This document shows, piece by piece, positions 14,245 to 26,930 of a stretch of DNA of 64,000 nt. Under the pieces are notes generated by a model. It was not told where the DNA came from. It ran no database searches and saw nothing but the letters and a program-made list of their open reading frames with translations. The position numbers and the translations under genes were made by a program. The first letter of the stretch is position 1. Each line of letters begins with the position of its first letter. Origin of the DNA: Rhizophagus irregularis (Eukaryota). Location: the NCBI RefSeq assembly GCF_026210795.1, contig NC_089429.1, forward strand, positions 6,324,001 to 6,388,000. The letters run 5' to 3'.

Positions 14245-15687
14245 AAAAAAAAAAAACTCTTTCCCCCTTTTTTAATTTTGTTAGTTTTCCGCAGTAATTT
14301 AGCGCAAGGTTTTTTTTCGTTTCTATTTGAAACACCCAAAGGGATAAGAGGCCCTGTAGGGCGCTTCGGTCACAGTATAAGGTTTTTGTTCTTATTAATG
14401 CCCATATATTAGGGATATGACTTCTTCAAACTTTATTGAGATAGATTTTTCCTCGGTATCATACGAGTCTCTGAAATCTTATAGACAGTTGGACGCTATT
14501 TCCGATATCAGAAGTAATATTGCTGAAGACGGACCTGCTGAAAATAATGTTTTAGATACAAATATACAACTACAGGATACTTTATTCTCGACTATACATG
14601 TCCACACTCCTTTATGCCTTTCACTGCCTTCGTGCGAAAATAATTCTTTTCTCATTTCTTTCACAAAATTTCACGTGACCAGAATACACAAAGCCGGTTA
14701 CAACAAGATCTATGAATTCAGACGTTCAAAAAGTTTCTTTTTTGAGATTGTTGATCATAATTTAGACACCAATCAAATTCACTTAAGGATACACACAAAT
14801 GACTATCTCATGTCAACTACCCCTATTCAGTATCATTCCACAAGTGCACTACCAAGCGCCAAATTTCAAATTAGCAAACAGCTTCAGCATTTTTTTTCTG
14901 CCCAACGAGTTTTTCCACGCTGTATTCAAAAAAAAATATTTTAATATGATACGCCAAAAATTATTAGATAGAATCACGTTTATCAAATCACGTGAACAAA
15001 AAATCAACAATAAGAATACAACAACGAAAACCTTCTTCAATTTCTCGTTCAATATATTGATGTATCAGATGATACAGCAGAGGTCGAATATCGGCCCAAC
15101 AAACGTGATAATATTAATAACGAGAATCATTATTTCTCATTTCAAAATTATAACATGCAAAGACTACGTCCTTCACCAGATACTACCGATGACTCCCTGG
15201 TACCAGGACCTTCAAGTTCTAAGACAGTTTAATTAATTATATATATATATTAGTACTCTTTTATTTGGAGTTTTTACATTTATCTAGTAGTTTAATCTAC
15301 ATTTTCGGTTCTTTTTTCGTTATCATATGTATAACACAACTTAAAATAGTGTGAAACATTCCACCTCTTACAGTATTCACAGGTGGCAACCTTGGTTGAA
15401 AGGAAAATACGGATCTTAATTTTTATATTTTGATTGCCTTTAACTTTCTTTTTTTAGATAGCCGCTAGTCTCTCGGATAGTTTTTTTTATGGTTCCCATT
15501 TGATTTATTAGCGTAGTCCTACTTTATCAAATAGTACAGATCAAAGAGTGAGGTCCCGTAGGGGATGACGAACAAAGGTCTATACACATATATTAGTCTT
15601 AAGTTTTTTCGAATTCTTTCTCCTTCTATTTGTAATAGCCTGGGTTTTGCCACTCTTTTAGTAATAAAATAAATAAATAAATAAAAT
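14245..15687 (+). mobile_element. Non-autonomous non-LTR retroposon carrying a non-RT ORF
   Basis: 16-bp TSD AAAAAAAAGGAAGATG (14229-14244 and 15688-15703), 3' (TAAA)n tail, intronless ORF remnant and hairpin-rich UTRs. Confidence 0.8.
14417..15232 (+). pseudogene. Hypothetical retroposon-borne protein, frameshifted and probably internally deleted
   Basis: ORF MTSSNFIEIDFS... shifts frame in an A9 run (~14928-14936) into ...IQKKYFNMIRQKLLDRITF...FFNFSF, then jumps near 15052 to a C-terminus DVSDDTAEVEYRPNKR...PGPSSSKTV*. No RT or endonuclease motif seen. Confidence 0.65.
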
Positions 15688-17559
15688 AAAAAAAAGGAAG
15701 ATGTGACATATTGCAGGTGAAAAAAAAACATATTCCTATAAAAATTATAAAAAATTTTATTAAAAAGAATATTAAATAAGTTTATTATATATTGTTTTCT
15801 TTTCATTAAAAATATGTTTAATATATCACTTAAATACAAATATTGAGTTATTAATAAAATCAGTAATAATTATTTTGTATAATTGAAAATTTGATAAAAA
15901 AATTAACAAAAAAAATTAAAAAAAAATTAAAAAGCTTATTAAAAAAAATTAAAATGTTTATTAAGAAAAATTAAAAAGTTTATAAAAAAAGTTTATTAAA
16001 AAAAAACATAAAAATTATTAAAAATTTATTAAAAAGAATATTATATAAGTTTTATCATATATTGCTTTCTTTTCATTAAAAACATTAATATATCGCTTAA
16101 ATACAGATATTGGAAAATGCTAGCCATTAGTAAAATTGATAATTATTTTGTATAATTGAAAATAATTTGATAAAAGAAAACAAAAAAATTAAGAAAAGTT
16201 AAAAGTTAAAAAGTTTTTTAAGAAAAATTAAAAAATAAAAATATAAAAATTATAAAAAAATTTATTAAAAAGAATATTAAATAAATTCATTATATATTGT
16301 TTTCTTTTCATTAAAAACATATTTAATACATCACTTAAATATAAATATTTATTTTGTATAATTGAAAATTTGATAAAAAAACAAAAAAAAATAAAAATTA
16401 TTAAAAATTTTATTAATATAAATTTTATCATATATTGCTTTTTCTTCATTAAAAATATGTATTATTCAAATACAAATATTAGAAGATACCAGCCATTGGT
16501 AAAATTGATAATTATTTTGCATAATTAAAAAATTAATATAATGCTAATAATAATAATAATAATTATTATTATTATTAAAAAAAATTAAAAAGTTAAAGTT
16601 TATTAAAAGTTTATTATTTTGATGATTGCATTCTATTGGATGGATATAGCTTATGATAATTTGTTTATATGGTATATGAACTTAATATTAATAAAGTATA
16701 TATAGATCATTAAAAAAAAATTAAAAGTTTATTAAAAAAAATTAAATTTTTTTAATTAATAAAGAATATAAAAAATTTATAATGCTGGCCGGAATTAAGT
16801 GATCGCCATGTAAATTTCCTTTTTTGGAGTATTTGTGAAACCAAATTTCCAATTTTTTGCGAGAAGCAAAATTTCCTTTTTTGGAAATTTGTGTAACGTT
16901 ACATTAATATTTTTCTTAAATCCGGCCAGGATTACTCCAATTTTTGGTAAAAATAAATATTAACACATGATTTCGGAATTCGGGTAAATAGTTTAGCCAC
17001 CAGATTTGTTAAAAAAAATATTTTTAAACAAAATTTCTGTATAAGGAGATTATAATTCTGGCTGGCACTATAAATTAAATATTGTGCGACGTAGATCCCT
17101 TACATAAAAGGAAAATTTCCTTAAAAGGCGATTTTCAAATTCAAAATTTCGAAATTTCAAAATTTCAAAAATCTTAAAAAAAATTTCCTTTTATGGTAAT
17201 TTTTTTTTGAAATTTCGAAATTTCGAAATTTTGAACTTTAAAATCGCCTTATAAGGAAATTTTCCTTTTATAGGATAGATCTACGTTACACAAAACGTCC
17301 AAAAAAGGAAATTTGGTAATACAAACTTCCTTATTTGGACATTTGTGTAACGTTACATTGCCATAAAAGGAGATTTTCCTTATAAGGAGAATCTCCTTAT
17401 AAGGAGATTTTAAAATTCAAAAATTCGAAAAATCAATTTTTCGAAATTTTGGCACTTTTCATCCAAACGGTACACTGTATTTTTATTTTACAACTTTTTT
17501 ATTTTTTTTATTTTAATAATTTTTTTATATTTTTATTTGTTAAATGTCTAAGAATTTTA

Positions 17560-18540
17560 GTAGTTTATATTGTGAAATACAATATTAGAAGGACGAATTG
17601 TGGCTATCACATTTGCTAATGACATGTGATGAATTGGTTTATTTAGACAAAATATTAAAAGAATCATTGAAGTACACAACAAAATTTTTAAGCTTAATGA
17701 CATTAAAATCAATGGAAAAATTTGAACTCATGGTGTTTATCTAAGGAGGAAAAGTTCATTATAATAGGTTAAATACAAAGTATTGGTGATCTACCAAAAA
17801 CTTAGTATTAAAAAACCTTGTACTAATAAACAAAATCAACTAGTGGCTACTGCATTTTCTTACATTACAGGACATAACTTTCTACATCAACAGAGATTTA
17901 AGTATAAGGAAGAATAACCAATTGTACTATACCTCAAAAATTTACTATACTGTGCAGATTTAATGTCACTATAAAAATAAATGTATAATATTTATAGACA
18001 AATTTGCTCCATTGATAGAAATTACCTAAACACTTAGGAAGATATTAAAAAACTTCTCTCACAACTAAAAAGAAAGAACACCTAAATGGTTCATCAATTT
18101 AGAAAATAACAGTACTTCCTTAAACTATAACCAGAGATTAATCACATCATTACAACATGAAATATCACATAACTTTTAATACTAAACTTTAATAATTAAA
18201 TACCACACTTTATATTACTAACCAACAATATTGGTGGAAATATTGATCACATATCTGAAAATTTTGCAGAAGAAAAAATACAAATAATTCATTAAAATTA
18301 TTATAAAACCTCATTTATTTTCAACTTCTTGATGTAAAAAAGCTATATTTCATTATCACCCATTACTTGTTTAATAAAAAACAAATATAAGAATAAAGAA
18401 ACATGTCAGAGCCAGACATTATGGTAGAAACTTATGGCACATGTAAATACCAAGACTCTACAGAAACAGTAGAATGTTTTAACAAAATTAGAGTTATTGA
18501 AAATACTACAGATACTTCCAACTGGCTATAAATTACAAAA
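17560..18540 (+). mobile_element. Degenerate LINE RT, 3' part (continuation of 5700-6030)
   Basis: ~17590-17725 reads RIVAITFANDM**IG...NIKRIIEVHNKIFKLNDIKINGK, matching the (Y/F)ADD motif and downstream L.IN..K of LINE RTs. Confidence 0.6.
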
Positions 18541-21500
18541 ATGAAAACTTCCATCTACTAGTTAATAAAAATGATGCACCATACATGACACCATTCCTTC
18601 AATCAATTCCAGAACCAAATAATAATCAAAATAAAAGTATTCTTAATTCAGATGCAGATCCAATATGAATATCAGAAAAAGAATCAGAGAAGCCTTTTTA
18701 GTTAATACAAAAGACTTACATCAAATTAGATGGTAAACATATGAACACTGTACTATTTTTACAAACAAAATATATATGTAAAATATATTAACAAAAGTCA
18801 TGTGCTTTTTGCCTTCTTAGCGCACTATTATACAATTATAACTCAATGAATATTGAAACATACAGTACATTATGTGAGATGCTGAAATTAAAGTGAAATG
18901 CTCTATCAAAATAACAGATGTACTGCTATTTTATAAAACTAATGCACTTATTAAAACATATAATTAACATTACTGGTAGAGAAGTCAAAAACTTTGACTC
19001 AAACAAAACTACCCTTATCAGAAATTATGAACAGAATATGAAAAATTACAAACATCCAAATGCATGGCATTACAACAAATTTGCTTAAATAACTACAATT
19101 CAAATCAGATTTATAGAATTTAAAGAACCATTTGAAGCCGAATACCTACTTCAAAAAGAATTATCTTTAAAAATAAAAGAATTTTTATTCTAGAATACTA
19201 CCAGTCAATATAAACTATGAAGAAATACCTATTCATACTTCGTCGTAGGCGAAGAAAACAAATTAAAGTCTAATACTAAACAGTTATTTTTGTTAGTTTC
19301 AGGCTCTTGTAAAGAAATTCATTATATTATAGGAAAAAACAATGAAGTGCTTTATCACATAGGTATAGAATCACAAGTCTTTCCAGTAATACTAACCTAA
19401 TAATAACCTACATAAAATTATAATTCAACTAAAACTGCATATAACATAGTTTCTAAAGATGATATGCAAGACAACAGAAGTCTTTAAGATGAATATCTAT
19501 CTACATGATTTCCTTAACTATTCTGGTAAATGTGGATCTTGCTCCTAGTAAAAACCCGCCAATTAACAATTGCCAAGTGCCATATACAATAGATAAAAAT
19601 TTTTCAAAAGCTACTTATTAATTAAAATATGTTGAAGATCATAATAGATCAAAACATATCCAAAAATTACAGTTCTCTTCTAAAAATAAAAGAACTACAA
19701 AATAATACATCTGCAACAAAAAATAGAACAAATAAATTATACCAATTTCAAAGAACAACTAATTTCACAACTAGGATCACAAAAACCCTAAACCAATATG
19801 AATACTTTTATCATTACTATCAAATCCTTCCTCAACACATATGCCACCAAATATAAACAATCTTCTTATTAGTTACAAATTAGAAGAAATTAAGAATTTC
19901 AAAGAAAGACTACAAAAAGCAGAAAAACTTATTAATGATCTTTAACAAATGGTAGCAATTCAACAAATACAAATAACAGAAATGGTCAATAGCCTTTCTA
20001 ATACCAATATACAAACAAAAGAAACCAACCAATTCAATAAATTAGTATGGAAAATAAAGCCAAAAGAGACTAACAATTAATGACAGTTCACAATATATTG
20101 AAAAAAATATCATCCAAGCTAATCAACTATCATTTCCTTACTTGTTCTAATATGTTCCTATTACTACCAACAATATGAATCAAACAGCAAAGATTCAACC
20201 AGCAAGTGGTCAATCTATTATTAAACAAAAACAACAAATTTCAACCACAGGGTTTATAAATTATACTTCCAAAAATTATAATTTAGATAACTATTGGCCA
20301 AGAATAAAGTATCAATATATACAAAGAAATAAACTAGATAATGAAGAAATACACTTAGATTAAAATGAAATTGTAAGTCAACATGAACCATCCCCAACGC
20401 CTATTGGAATTGCACAGATTCATTCCTACTTTCAACTACAACAATAATTTTCTCTCTCCCATTAAGGACTTATTTTATATCCATTTTGTAATTACTTCAT
20501 AACAGGACAACAAAAAGAAAATTTATGATGCTTACGAATTAAATATTAATAATAACTTACACTTTTTCGATAACACTAATTATAATCCCTATAGTGCATT
20601 TTCTTCCACTTATATACATTTTTAAACTTATCATTCACAATCCAATTCACCATGAAATGATTAATCAAAAGTTCAATTACATGATCAAAAAAATCAAAAA
20701 AAGAAAATAATTAAAAATAATTATTTCAATATTACAAGATCTACAACATATTTCTATAGCTGTTACTGGATTATATCTCAAATTTGATTCCTGATAAAGT
20801 CAAATCATTAAACTAAGCATATTTATGACTTGACATACAATGATATAAATGTTGTAAACAAAAAATAGTAATTGAAACTTTAACATTAATCCAAACAAAA
20901 TCAATGATATCCATCTACATAAGATAGAAGATGATGAAGATGATGATATTTATATGGACACTCAACCCACTTTGCCAACAGTTTCAAGTAACAAGAATGA
21001 AATCTCATACTGTATAAAAAAATTGGTAAAAAATTTAATAAGTATGAAAATAAAAAAATAGAAATTAATTTGGATAATCAAAATAGAAAAAAATCTAAAA
21101 ATAATAAAATTAATTTTGAAAATACTCTTCAAATTGGTTAGAATAACAAGAAGCTAGGCAAATTGAAACTGATAAAAGAAGGGAGAATTGACTTTTATCA
21201 CAAATCAATAATATAAAACTTAAAATTTAAGAAATTCATAGATTCTATCCATTAAAAATTTATCCTATACTTATATATAATCAAATTCAAGAAACTATAC
21301 TTCATATATTAATTTATTATATGCATCACAAAATATTAATGAATGCATAATATTTGCTTCACCAAAGATAATTCTGATTATAACCTAATTTCTTGTATCT
21401 TTGGTATTTCATTATTTAATTAGAGTTAATTTCAATAGAAAATACTAGTGATACCTGGCTAAACTCTTTTTGCCAAAAATTTCAGTTTTGCCATTAACTA

Positions 21501-22313
21501 GTTTTGATTTTGTCATTGACTAAACTATGTAGTAATAATTTTTAATTTAATTTTGACATTTTATATTTCAAAATTATGTTTGAAATGAATATAATAACTA
21601 TGAATTGTTAACAGATCAAAAAAAATATATCCAAAACAATTGAATATGAATTCAATAAAATTAACAATAGTATATGAACAGCTATTTAAAAAGCCAAATT
21701 ACCTATTTTCTGACTTTAACAACATAATTATAATTATAACCATAATATAAGGATTATGGAAAATAATTATTACATTTTAAATCATATTAAACAAAGTTTA
21801 AAGGTGATATCCTATTTCAAGTTTTCCAATTGGAATATCAAACAAAATACTTAAAAGATTTACATGTATGATTAGTAATAAAGCATATCAACAATTCATT
21901 AGTTATACATCATCACACCATTACAAAAAGATAACATTCTTAAAATATGTTTTCTCATCACTTATATTGATTCTAAAAAGACAAAAGCAATTTCTCCATT
22001 TAACAAAAATAAAAAATAACTCAATTTATCCACAAACAAGATAAAAGAATCAGAAAAAAATGTTACAATAATCACCATTAAATCAAAAGTATTAGAAATA
22101 AAAAATGAAAATACAAAAAAGGGAGATTATGATTCAATTATAGGAAATGACAAATATGGTAATAATTTATATTTGTCCCTTTTAAATGAAGTTGCTGCAA
22201 ATGCTGGTAAACACTTATTGGAGAAGTAAAAATTTGGAAAAGTAAAAAATAGCTCAGAAAATCTTGTAAGAATAGAAGAGAAGGGTAGATTACTTTCAAA
22301 ATATAGAACCAAC

Positions 22314-22347
<34 letters not shown>

Positions 22348-22700
22348 CTCTTTAAAAAGATATTCAAATACAAAACATTACTATCTTTATGAATTGAAAT
22401 TTATAAACCAAAGGATAACATACCAATCTCAGCCTCTAACAAAATAGGAGATTCAATCATCCTGAAAAAATTAATAACAGCCGTCAAAATGGTAAAGCTG
22501 CAGATCCTTCAAATATAACATGAATTTATCAAAATTTGTCAAACATTTACCCAAACATGCTTATCAAAAAAATGACATACATGAATTAATTATAGAAACT
22601 AAACTAATGGAATACTTATATGATACTACATGGTTCTCAGATCCATTATCCAATCTTATCTTTTGGATAATTTAAAAATTGCGGATGCCAACTAACATAT
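18540..22700 (+). mobile_element. Second degenerate LINE-like remnant
   Basis: A/C-rich + strand with shattered ORFs. ~22488-22533 reads NGKAADPSNIT..EFIK, like the K.PGP.GI..E..K motif preceding LINE RT. Boundaries uncertain. Confidence 0.45.
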
Positions 22701-22814
22701 ATTTAATTAATAGCATGATTATATACACTTTATGCTTTATTAATTAATGGGTAATATTGTCAGCCTTAATATATATAGTACTAAAAAAATTACAAATCAA
22801 GATTTTTTTATTTA

Positions 22815-23270
22815 TTGCCGTTTTCAGAAATGTTGACAATCTGAAATTTTGACCATTTTATACCGAACACACCGAACACACCATGAACACATACAAAAAA
22901 TTATGCAAACTTGAAGTATTCATGCATAACTTTATATAAAAACTATTTTTGTCACTTTTTAGATATGAATAAAATTGAAAATATGAAAATTTGTACCGAA
23001 CACACACCGAACACAAACGAACACACCGAACACACCGAACATTGGCAAATACAAGCAAATACAAGTGAATACATATATGCAAATAATATAATTTTTATAC
23101 ATTTTTTTATGCACACTACCTAAAAATAGATTACTAAAGTTTTAATTTTGCTTTTTTTAAAGGAAAATTTGTTTTTTTTTAATTTTAATTGCTGTGTTCG
23201 GTGTGTGTTCGGTGTGTTCGATTTATAGAAATGATCGACATTCTAATGTCAACATTTCTGAAAACGGCAA
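22815..23270. mobile_element. MITE with TA-flanked TIRs and (CCGAACACA)n subterminal repeats
   Basis: TA|TTGCCGTTTTCAGAAATGTTGACA...TGTCAACATTTCTGAAAACGGCAA|TA. ccgaacaca repeats face inward from both ends. Confidence 0.85.
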
Positions 23271-24194
23271 TAATTGCATTTTGGTTTATTTGTGTTGTAT
23301 TTTTTTTTTTAAAAAAAAAATACACAGTAATATGAACATGCAAAGGTTTGGCTTGTTTCTTACATGACTCAGTTACAAATATCTTATTGTTGAAACTTGA
23401 AAGGTTGATTATTAAGCCAATTAGTATAACTAATTTTTGAATTTAGAAGTAAAATAATCTTGTAGTTCCATCATTCTGATGCACAAATTTGATTCTCTTT
23501 AATATCAACTATTGCTATATACTTTTTTGTGTTTACAGAGGACCCTTGGATATGGAGATATCACATTAAGATAACTGTTTTGTACACTTTAAGAATAATT
23601 TGCTTAAGTAGCATAAGTGTAACCATGTACACTTTTGGCTATTTCAATACTAGTAAACTTAGTAGATATATCACAACAAAGTTCTATTTAGAGGCTCTGT
23701 TTACAGATGATTCATATGTTCAGTGATTATTATCAATAAACTGACTTCACTTTTCCAATAAATCATGTTTTATCATGAAAAATTAGTGTAATTAAAAAAA
23801 TTGTAATAATAAAAGTTAGAATTGATAAAAATTTGGTTTGTATCAATAAGATTATATGATTTTGAGAAAATAAAATAACATGATCTAATTCTTGATATAT
23901 ATATAAGTCATAACCATTACATAGTAATTTTCTATTGGAATTATTTAAAAATTACAAATAATTATACATTTATCTACTTTATGATGTAACAAACAAGAGA
24001 CCAGCAGACAGCAGGCTAGAATTACACTCATCCGCCCAATTGGACAAAGGATTTATTATTTAAAAAAGGAATAATTCACATGACACATTATTTTTGGTTC
24101 TTTTGTTGTCTTTTTATGAAATACCTAATAAATTATGCAACAAAAATTTATTCCTTTTTTTGAAATGTAAGCAAATCCCTTTTCTTTTACTAAC

Positions 24195-25165
24195 ATGGCA
24201 TGCTCAAAAATATTTCAGGAAATTTACCTGAATTGACAAGTTGAAACTAAACAATATTTTAGAAAAGATTTTTCAACATTGTATTCATGCATCTTATATT
24301 ATTTAATAGATTATGGTGTCACTTAGTTATCCCATTATTATGGGAAGATCCATTTTCAGCTCCTACCCAGTATATGAAATCTATTTGCAGAAAACCTACT
24401 TTTTAATTTTCAAATTATACATAATTCTAGTTTGTACATAGCGTAACTTATAATTTTAAAATTTCATATTTAAAAACCCAAATACAGCAAATTGGATTTG
24501 TTTTGCGCAAATTGCATGTGAATTTTTATTGTGAATTATGCAAAAAGTATTTGACTTGAATTTCATACACTGCTCCTATCCAACATTATCATTGTATTGA
24601 AGCTTATTTTAGTTATTTATGCTTTTTAAATGAAGATGGTAAAGAAAAGTTTAATGAATATAAAATTAATGATAACTTACTGTTACTTTCAAATACATTA
24701 TTATAAAGTACTTAATACAAGTAAAATTTGTTGTTTTATTGAATATTAGATTGGTACTTTAATGGATAAAGATAATGGTAAACTAGGAAACTTAGTTTAT
24801 AGGTTATTATTAAGTATTTATTAAAAATGAAAGAAATTTATATTGTTTATTATAATGTTATTGAATATTTTAATAATATGGACTTGCTTTATAAAATACA
24901 AATCTTTCATACAATATCTGTAAATATTTGTGCTATTTCATCTCAAAATATTATTTTACTTTTAAATTTTTATGTTCTAATCACAATTTAATCTCATCAA
25001 TTAATTTTTGATTTTTTTTAAATATAATATCAATAAACATTCATTAATTGAAAAATATTTTTACAAATCATTTAGATCTTTACATAAACCATTTTTATCA
25101 TTAAAATTCTAATTGCTTCTATACATTAAATATAATTATATTTTATTTAATTAATTTTACAAATA
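24195..25165 (+). pseudogene. F-box/LRR-like pseudogene, paralog of 60276-61877
   Basis: Starts atggcatgctcaaaaatatttcaggaaatttacctgaa (MACSKIF..NLPEL) and contains NRLWCHLVIPLLWEDPFS. Frameshifts, a MITE insertion, truncated at 25165. Confidence 0.9.
24368..24572. mobile_element. hAT-type MITE (205 bp)
   Basis: TIR CAGTATATGAAAT / ATTTCATACACTG; 8-bp TSD CTCCTACC / CTCCTATC (7/8). Interrupts the F-box pseudogene after WEDPFSAP. Confidence 0.85.
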
Positions 25166-25859
25166 CCCTATAAAAAATACGTGTCCAGAAATTGTCTAGA
25201 TTGTCCAATAATTTTTCTGAAAGTGCCTGGACATTTACTGGGACAATTAATGTACTGTTCCGAAAACACACTCATTACCAGTATCACTGGCATCTGCCAC
25301 ATAGTGATAGACGAAACCCTAATTTATCTTAAATGTTCTCAATGAAACATTAATTTATCCTTGCTTGGTTTAAATTTTATATTTATTACTACTTTTAAAC
25401 TTTGATAGTTCTCCTTATGAAAATTCTCTTAATTTCAACTTTTAAATTCTACTTTTAAACTGCAATAATTTCTCCATATTTTATCATTTTAATAAATTAA
25501 ACATTAATTAAATCAGCAAACAATAAGCATATTCAAATTAACTTTTAATAATTATATTTATCTTTATTGAGTCAAAAAGACTGAGGAATTCTCATCAAAT
25601 TCTGCAGACATTTATACATGTTGAAATTTCATTAACTACCCTAAAATTAAAAGTACCCTAAAAATAATCTAATCTATCCTTTTCATTTTATTTCATTCAT
25701 ACACTGGTTTCTCAATCTATTTCTGTAACTAACAATTATTTCTCATTTACAAATTGATAAAACTAGTTTCTTAATGATAAACTATTTCTCATTTATAATC
25801 TGGTAAAACTATTTTCTTAAATTAAAATATTAATTTGTCAGAAATAATAGATAAAAATA

Positions 25860-26930
25860 TTGATACTATCTTTATTATCAGTGGGCTGGAATATCATGGA
25901 AAGCTCACTGAATAGGAATGAAAATTGGAAATCACAATTTGCAACAAGATACTCTTGCTGCAGCATTACCTCTTTTTCCAAGTGCAGGTAAATCAAATTA
26001 TGCAGTAGCAATCACTCAACACCTCTCTACTTTGATTAAGTATCTAAAATTGAACGAAAATCTGCAACATGTTGGATCATTCAGGATACCAAAGAACATT
26101 GATGATGAAAATAACAATCAAAAGCCTGTTTGTTTCAGGTTTGATGAAGTGCTTGAAACGTTTGGAGTTCATTTCATTAAACAAGACATTACTGGAAATG
26201 TTATTAACAAAACAAAATTAAAAAGCATCACAGTCTGAAAGGAAAAGAGTTGACCTACTACTCCTAAGTGAATACCCGACCTTGGGAACACTTCAATTTC
26301 CAGAGTGAATGTGCTATTAATTCCAGAAGAAAGATATTATGGGAACTAGTAGAAGACTTAGTTATGATCTTTGACATGACGGATCCATTATCACATCAGA
26401 TTTTTAAAGATCTTGCTTGAGCCACCTGAAATACACAAAAAAGGATACAAAAAATTAGAGGTTGGAACCGACCAAAAAAACCTTAATCGATTAATAATCG
26501 ATTAATATTAAAATATTAAAAATTTTTTTTTTTTGACCGCAGATTGCACCAAATTGTTTTTGATCATACATTTAGTTATAGGAAAGTCTTATTTATTATT
26601 ATTATCATTAAAAAATTAATACAAATTCTTCCAAGTTCGGAGAACACGTGACCAAAAATTCACAGCTCTGGGCCGCATTAGATAATTTGACCAGAATTAT
26701 GGGTTGATAATTTAATTGATTAACCGATTTTTGAGATACCTTAATCGATTAACCGTCTTAGTCGATTAATTAATCGATTAACCTTAATCGATTCCAAACT
26801 CTACAAAAAATTACTTGCATGTTATGAAAATAGCTTGGAATGAATGCGGGTAATTTATAAGCATTATGTGATAAAAAGTGAACCTTGAAATGCACAAGGA
26901 GGACGTGCATTGGAAGTTTACTGAACAAGG
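25860..26930 (+). pseudogene. Decayed coding region, probably from a DNA transposon
   Basis: ORF 25918-26238 (GNHNLQQDTLAAALPLFPSAGKSNYAVA) with a frameshifted continuation EIHKKGYKK|LLACYENSLE across a MITE. Preceded at 25166 by a CCCTATAAAAA terminus that truncates the F-box pseudogene. Family assignment (Academ-like motif) is tentative. Confidence 0.45.
26456..26803. mobile_element. hAT-type MITE (348 bp)
   Basis: TIR TAGAGGTTGGAA / TTCCAAACTCTA; perfect 8-bp TSD CAAAAAAT (26448-26455, 26804-26811); subterminal TTAATCGATTAA palindromes. Confidence 0.92.

Larger units (their letters stand above)
13972..15736. mobile_element. Short non-autonomous TIR element (~0.3 kb, MULE/hAT-like) hosting a retroposon
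   Basis: GGG...CC ends with imperfect inverted repeat (acctgtgttatgtcgcat / atgtgacatattgcaggt). ATAAAAAT duplicated at 13964-13971 and 15738-15745. A sister repeat near 16240 shows the empty site. Confidence 0.7.
8070..16780 (+). repeat. Internal AT-rich tandem repeat (~250-bp degenerate unit) of the long-TIR element, interrupted by three insertions
   Basis: The unit aaaagaatattatataagttttatcatatattgctttttctttattaaaaatattaatatatcgcttaaatacagatattggaaaatgctagccattagtaaaattga recurs at ~8080, 8320, 13375, 13760, 15760, 16030, 16270 and 16420. Confidence 0.85.
6286..17477. mobile_element. Non-autonomous long-TIR DNA transposon (TA TSD, Tc1/mariner-like ends) carrying nested insertions
   Basis: Ends TA|CGGTGTACCGTTTGAACGAAAAGTGCC and GGCACTTTTCATCCAAACGGTACACTG|TA. 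Inverted repeats 6286-7057 and 16778-17477 (the right arm is ~70 bp shorter). The same T-rich tract continues on both flanks. No transposase of its own was found. Confidence 0.9.

Noticed and set aside
14375..14385. Shared CTTCGGTCACA between the retroposon and the SINE (~52195)
   Set aside because: An isolated 11-mer around a UUCG loop with no flanking similarity; compatible with chance.
15535..15590. Hammerhead ribozyme in the retroposon 3' UTR
   Set aside because: GAGTGAG-stem-GACGAAC...GTC is suggestive, but the CUGANGA and GAAA cores and stem I are missing.
6286..17477. Polinton/Maverick, Starship or viral element
   Set aside because: No polymerase, integrase, capsid or tyrosine recombinase ORF. 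The TA TSD and the size are explained by nested insertions.
22858..23123. Overlapping ORFs on both strands
   Set aside because: They lie within MITE subterminal repeats.
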